Assembly: GCF_021869535.1 (NCBI RefSeq)
Contig: NW_026262582.1
Span: forward strand, 40,362,001-40,426,000
Direction: 5' to 3'
From: Mytilus californianus
Taxonomy: Eukaryota
Length of the DNA stretch: 64,000 nt
Shown here: positions 63,278 to 64,000 of the stretch, piece by piece
Layout: every line of letters starts with the position of its first letter
How positions within the stretch are numbered: position 1 is the stretch's first letter
Notes under the pieces: model-generated
What the model was told of the DNA's origin: nothing
What the model saw: only the letters and a program-made list of their open reading frames with translations
The model's database searches: none
Program-made: the position numbers and the translations under genes

Positions 63278-64000
63278 TAAGGACTAAAGAATTTTCCTTC
63301 TTGAAGAACTTTCGCTTTCAAAACAACGATTTGACAATTGAAACATTTCATAATATCGAAAAATAAATAAGAAAGAAAAAAGATAATTAAAGATTCGTAA
63401 GCTTTGATGTGGTTACGGTCTGTTTCGGAACACATTGGAGAATTGTTGAAAGGAAATCCTTTTTACACGATTCTTGTGGACTACATTTGTGTACGTAAAA
63501 CATCATTACTTTCTTAATTAGCGGCACATATTTTTCTATATATTAAAGAGATATCACAACCACAAGTAAATCAATTATAGCTTTTAAAACTCTGTAAACT
63601 ATATAATAAAAAGTAATCTCCCGCATCATGAATCGTTAGATAAATGATTATACCCTCTTTATTGCTGTCAACCAGTTGTACCCGTCGTTTTTGTAGGCGC
63701 CATGATGAGCTGTGACTAAAAGGAGCAGTGGGTTGAAAGGATGAGGTCGTTTATAGGAGAGTTCAAAGCCACCTATGATGATGAAAAAAAAATGTTACAA
63801 AAATGATTGCATCAATGCGGAAAAGCAACATGTTAGATATGATATAGGATTATCTGATTATATTCATAAAAAGAGGAAGAAGATAAAGTACAGATGTATG
63901 ATACCTTCTTTGCTTTAATCTTGAAACGTTACGTTTGTCATAATTCTGTTTGATTTTTCTTTGGCTTTAGTAATCGACCATAGGCTAATTTTGAGAAAAG

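Noticed and set aside
315-63435. Remaining 60-140 aa ORFs in the track; any autonomous TE (RT, transposase, helicase) ORF
   Set aside because: They are compositionally biased (F/L/I/K-rich) frames overlapping repeats or AT-rich DNA, and no catalytic motifs were recognised.

Overview
AT-rich, repeat-dense eukaryotic genomic DNA. The interspersed-repeat families and the TRIM type point to a bivalve, most likely a Mytilus mussel (inference from recognition; no database search was run). The only well-supported genes are three tandem, minus-strand TRIM-like (RING / B-box / B-box / coiled-coil) paralogs with uninterrupted coding regions. P1 (34617-36260) is intact at 547 aa. P2 (about 39011-41292) is a decayed pseudogene whose RING is split by a repeat insertion. 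P3 (46845-48135) is interrupted by one +1 frameshift in a homopolymer. None carries a canonical TRIM C-terminal domain (NHL, SPRY, PHD-bromo). After a shared linker each has an unrelated low-complexity tail: 8-aa repeats from a 24-bp minisatellite in P1, 13-aa S/T-rich repeats from a 39-bp unit in P2, and a K/E-rich tail in P3. The RING-coding 5' end looks homogenised between P1 and P3. The rest of the window is non-coding: tRNA-derived SINEs, an abundant unclassified repeat superfamily, several MITE families, minisatellites (one with a polarity switch), a near-perfect 234-bp tandem duplication upstream of P3, and a large inverted duplication (about 52.5-54.8 kb) containing a 302-bp fold-back palindrome. 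No autonomous transposon ORF, rRNA, credible tRNA gene or CRISPR array was found.
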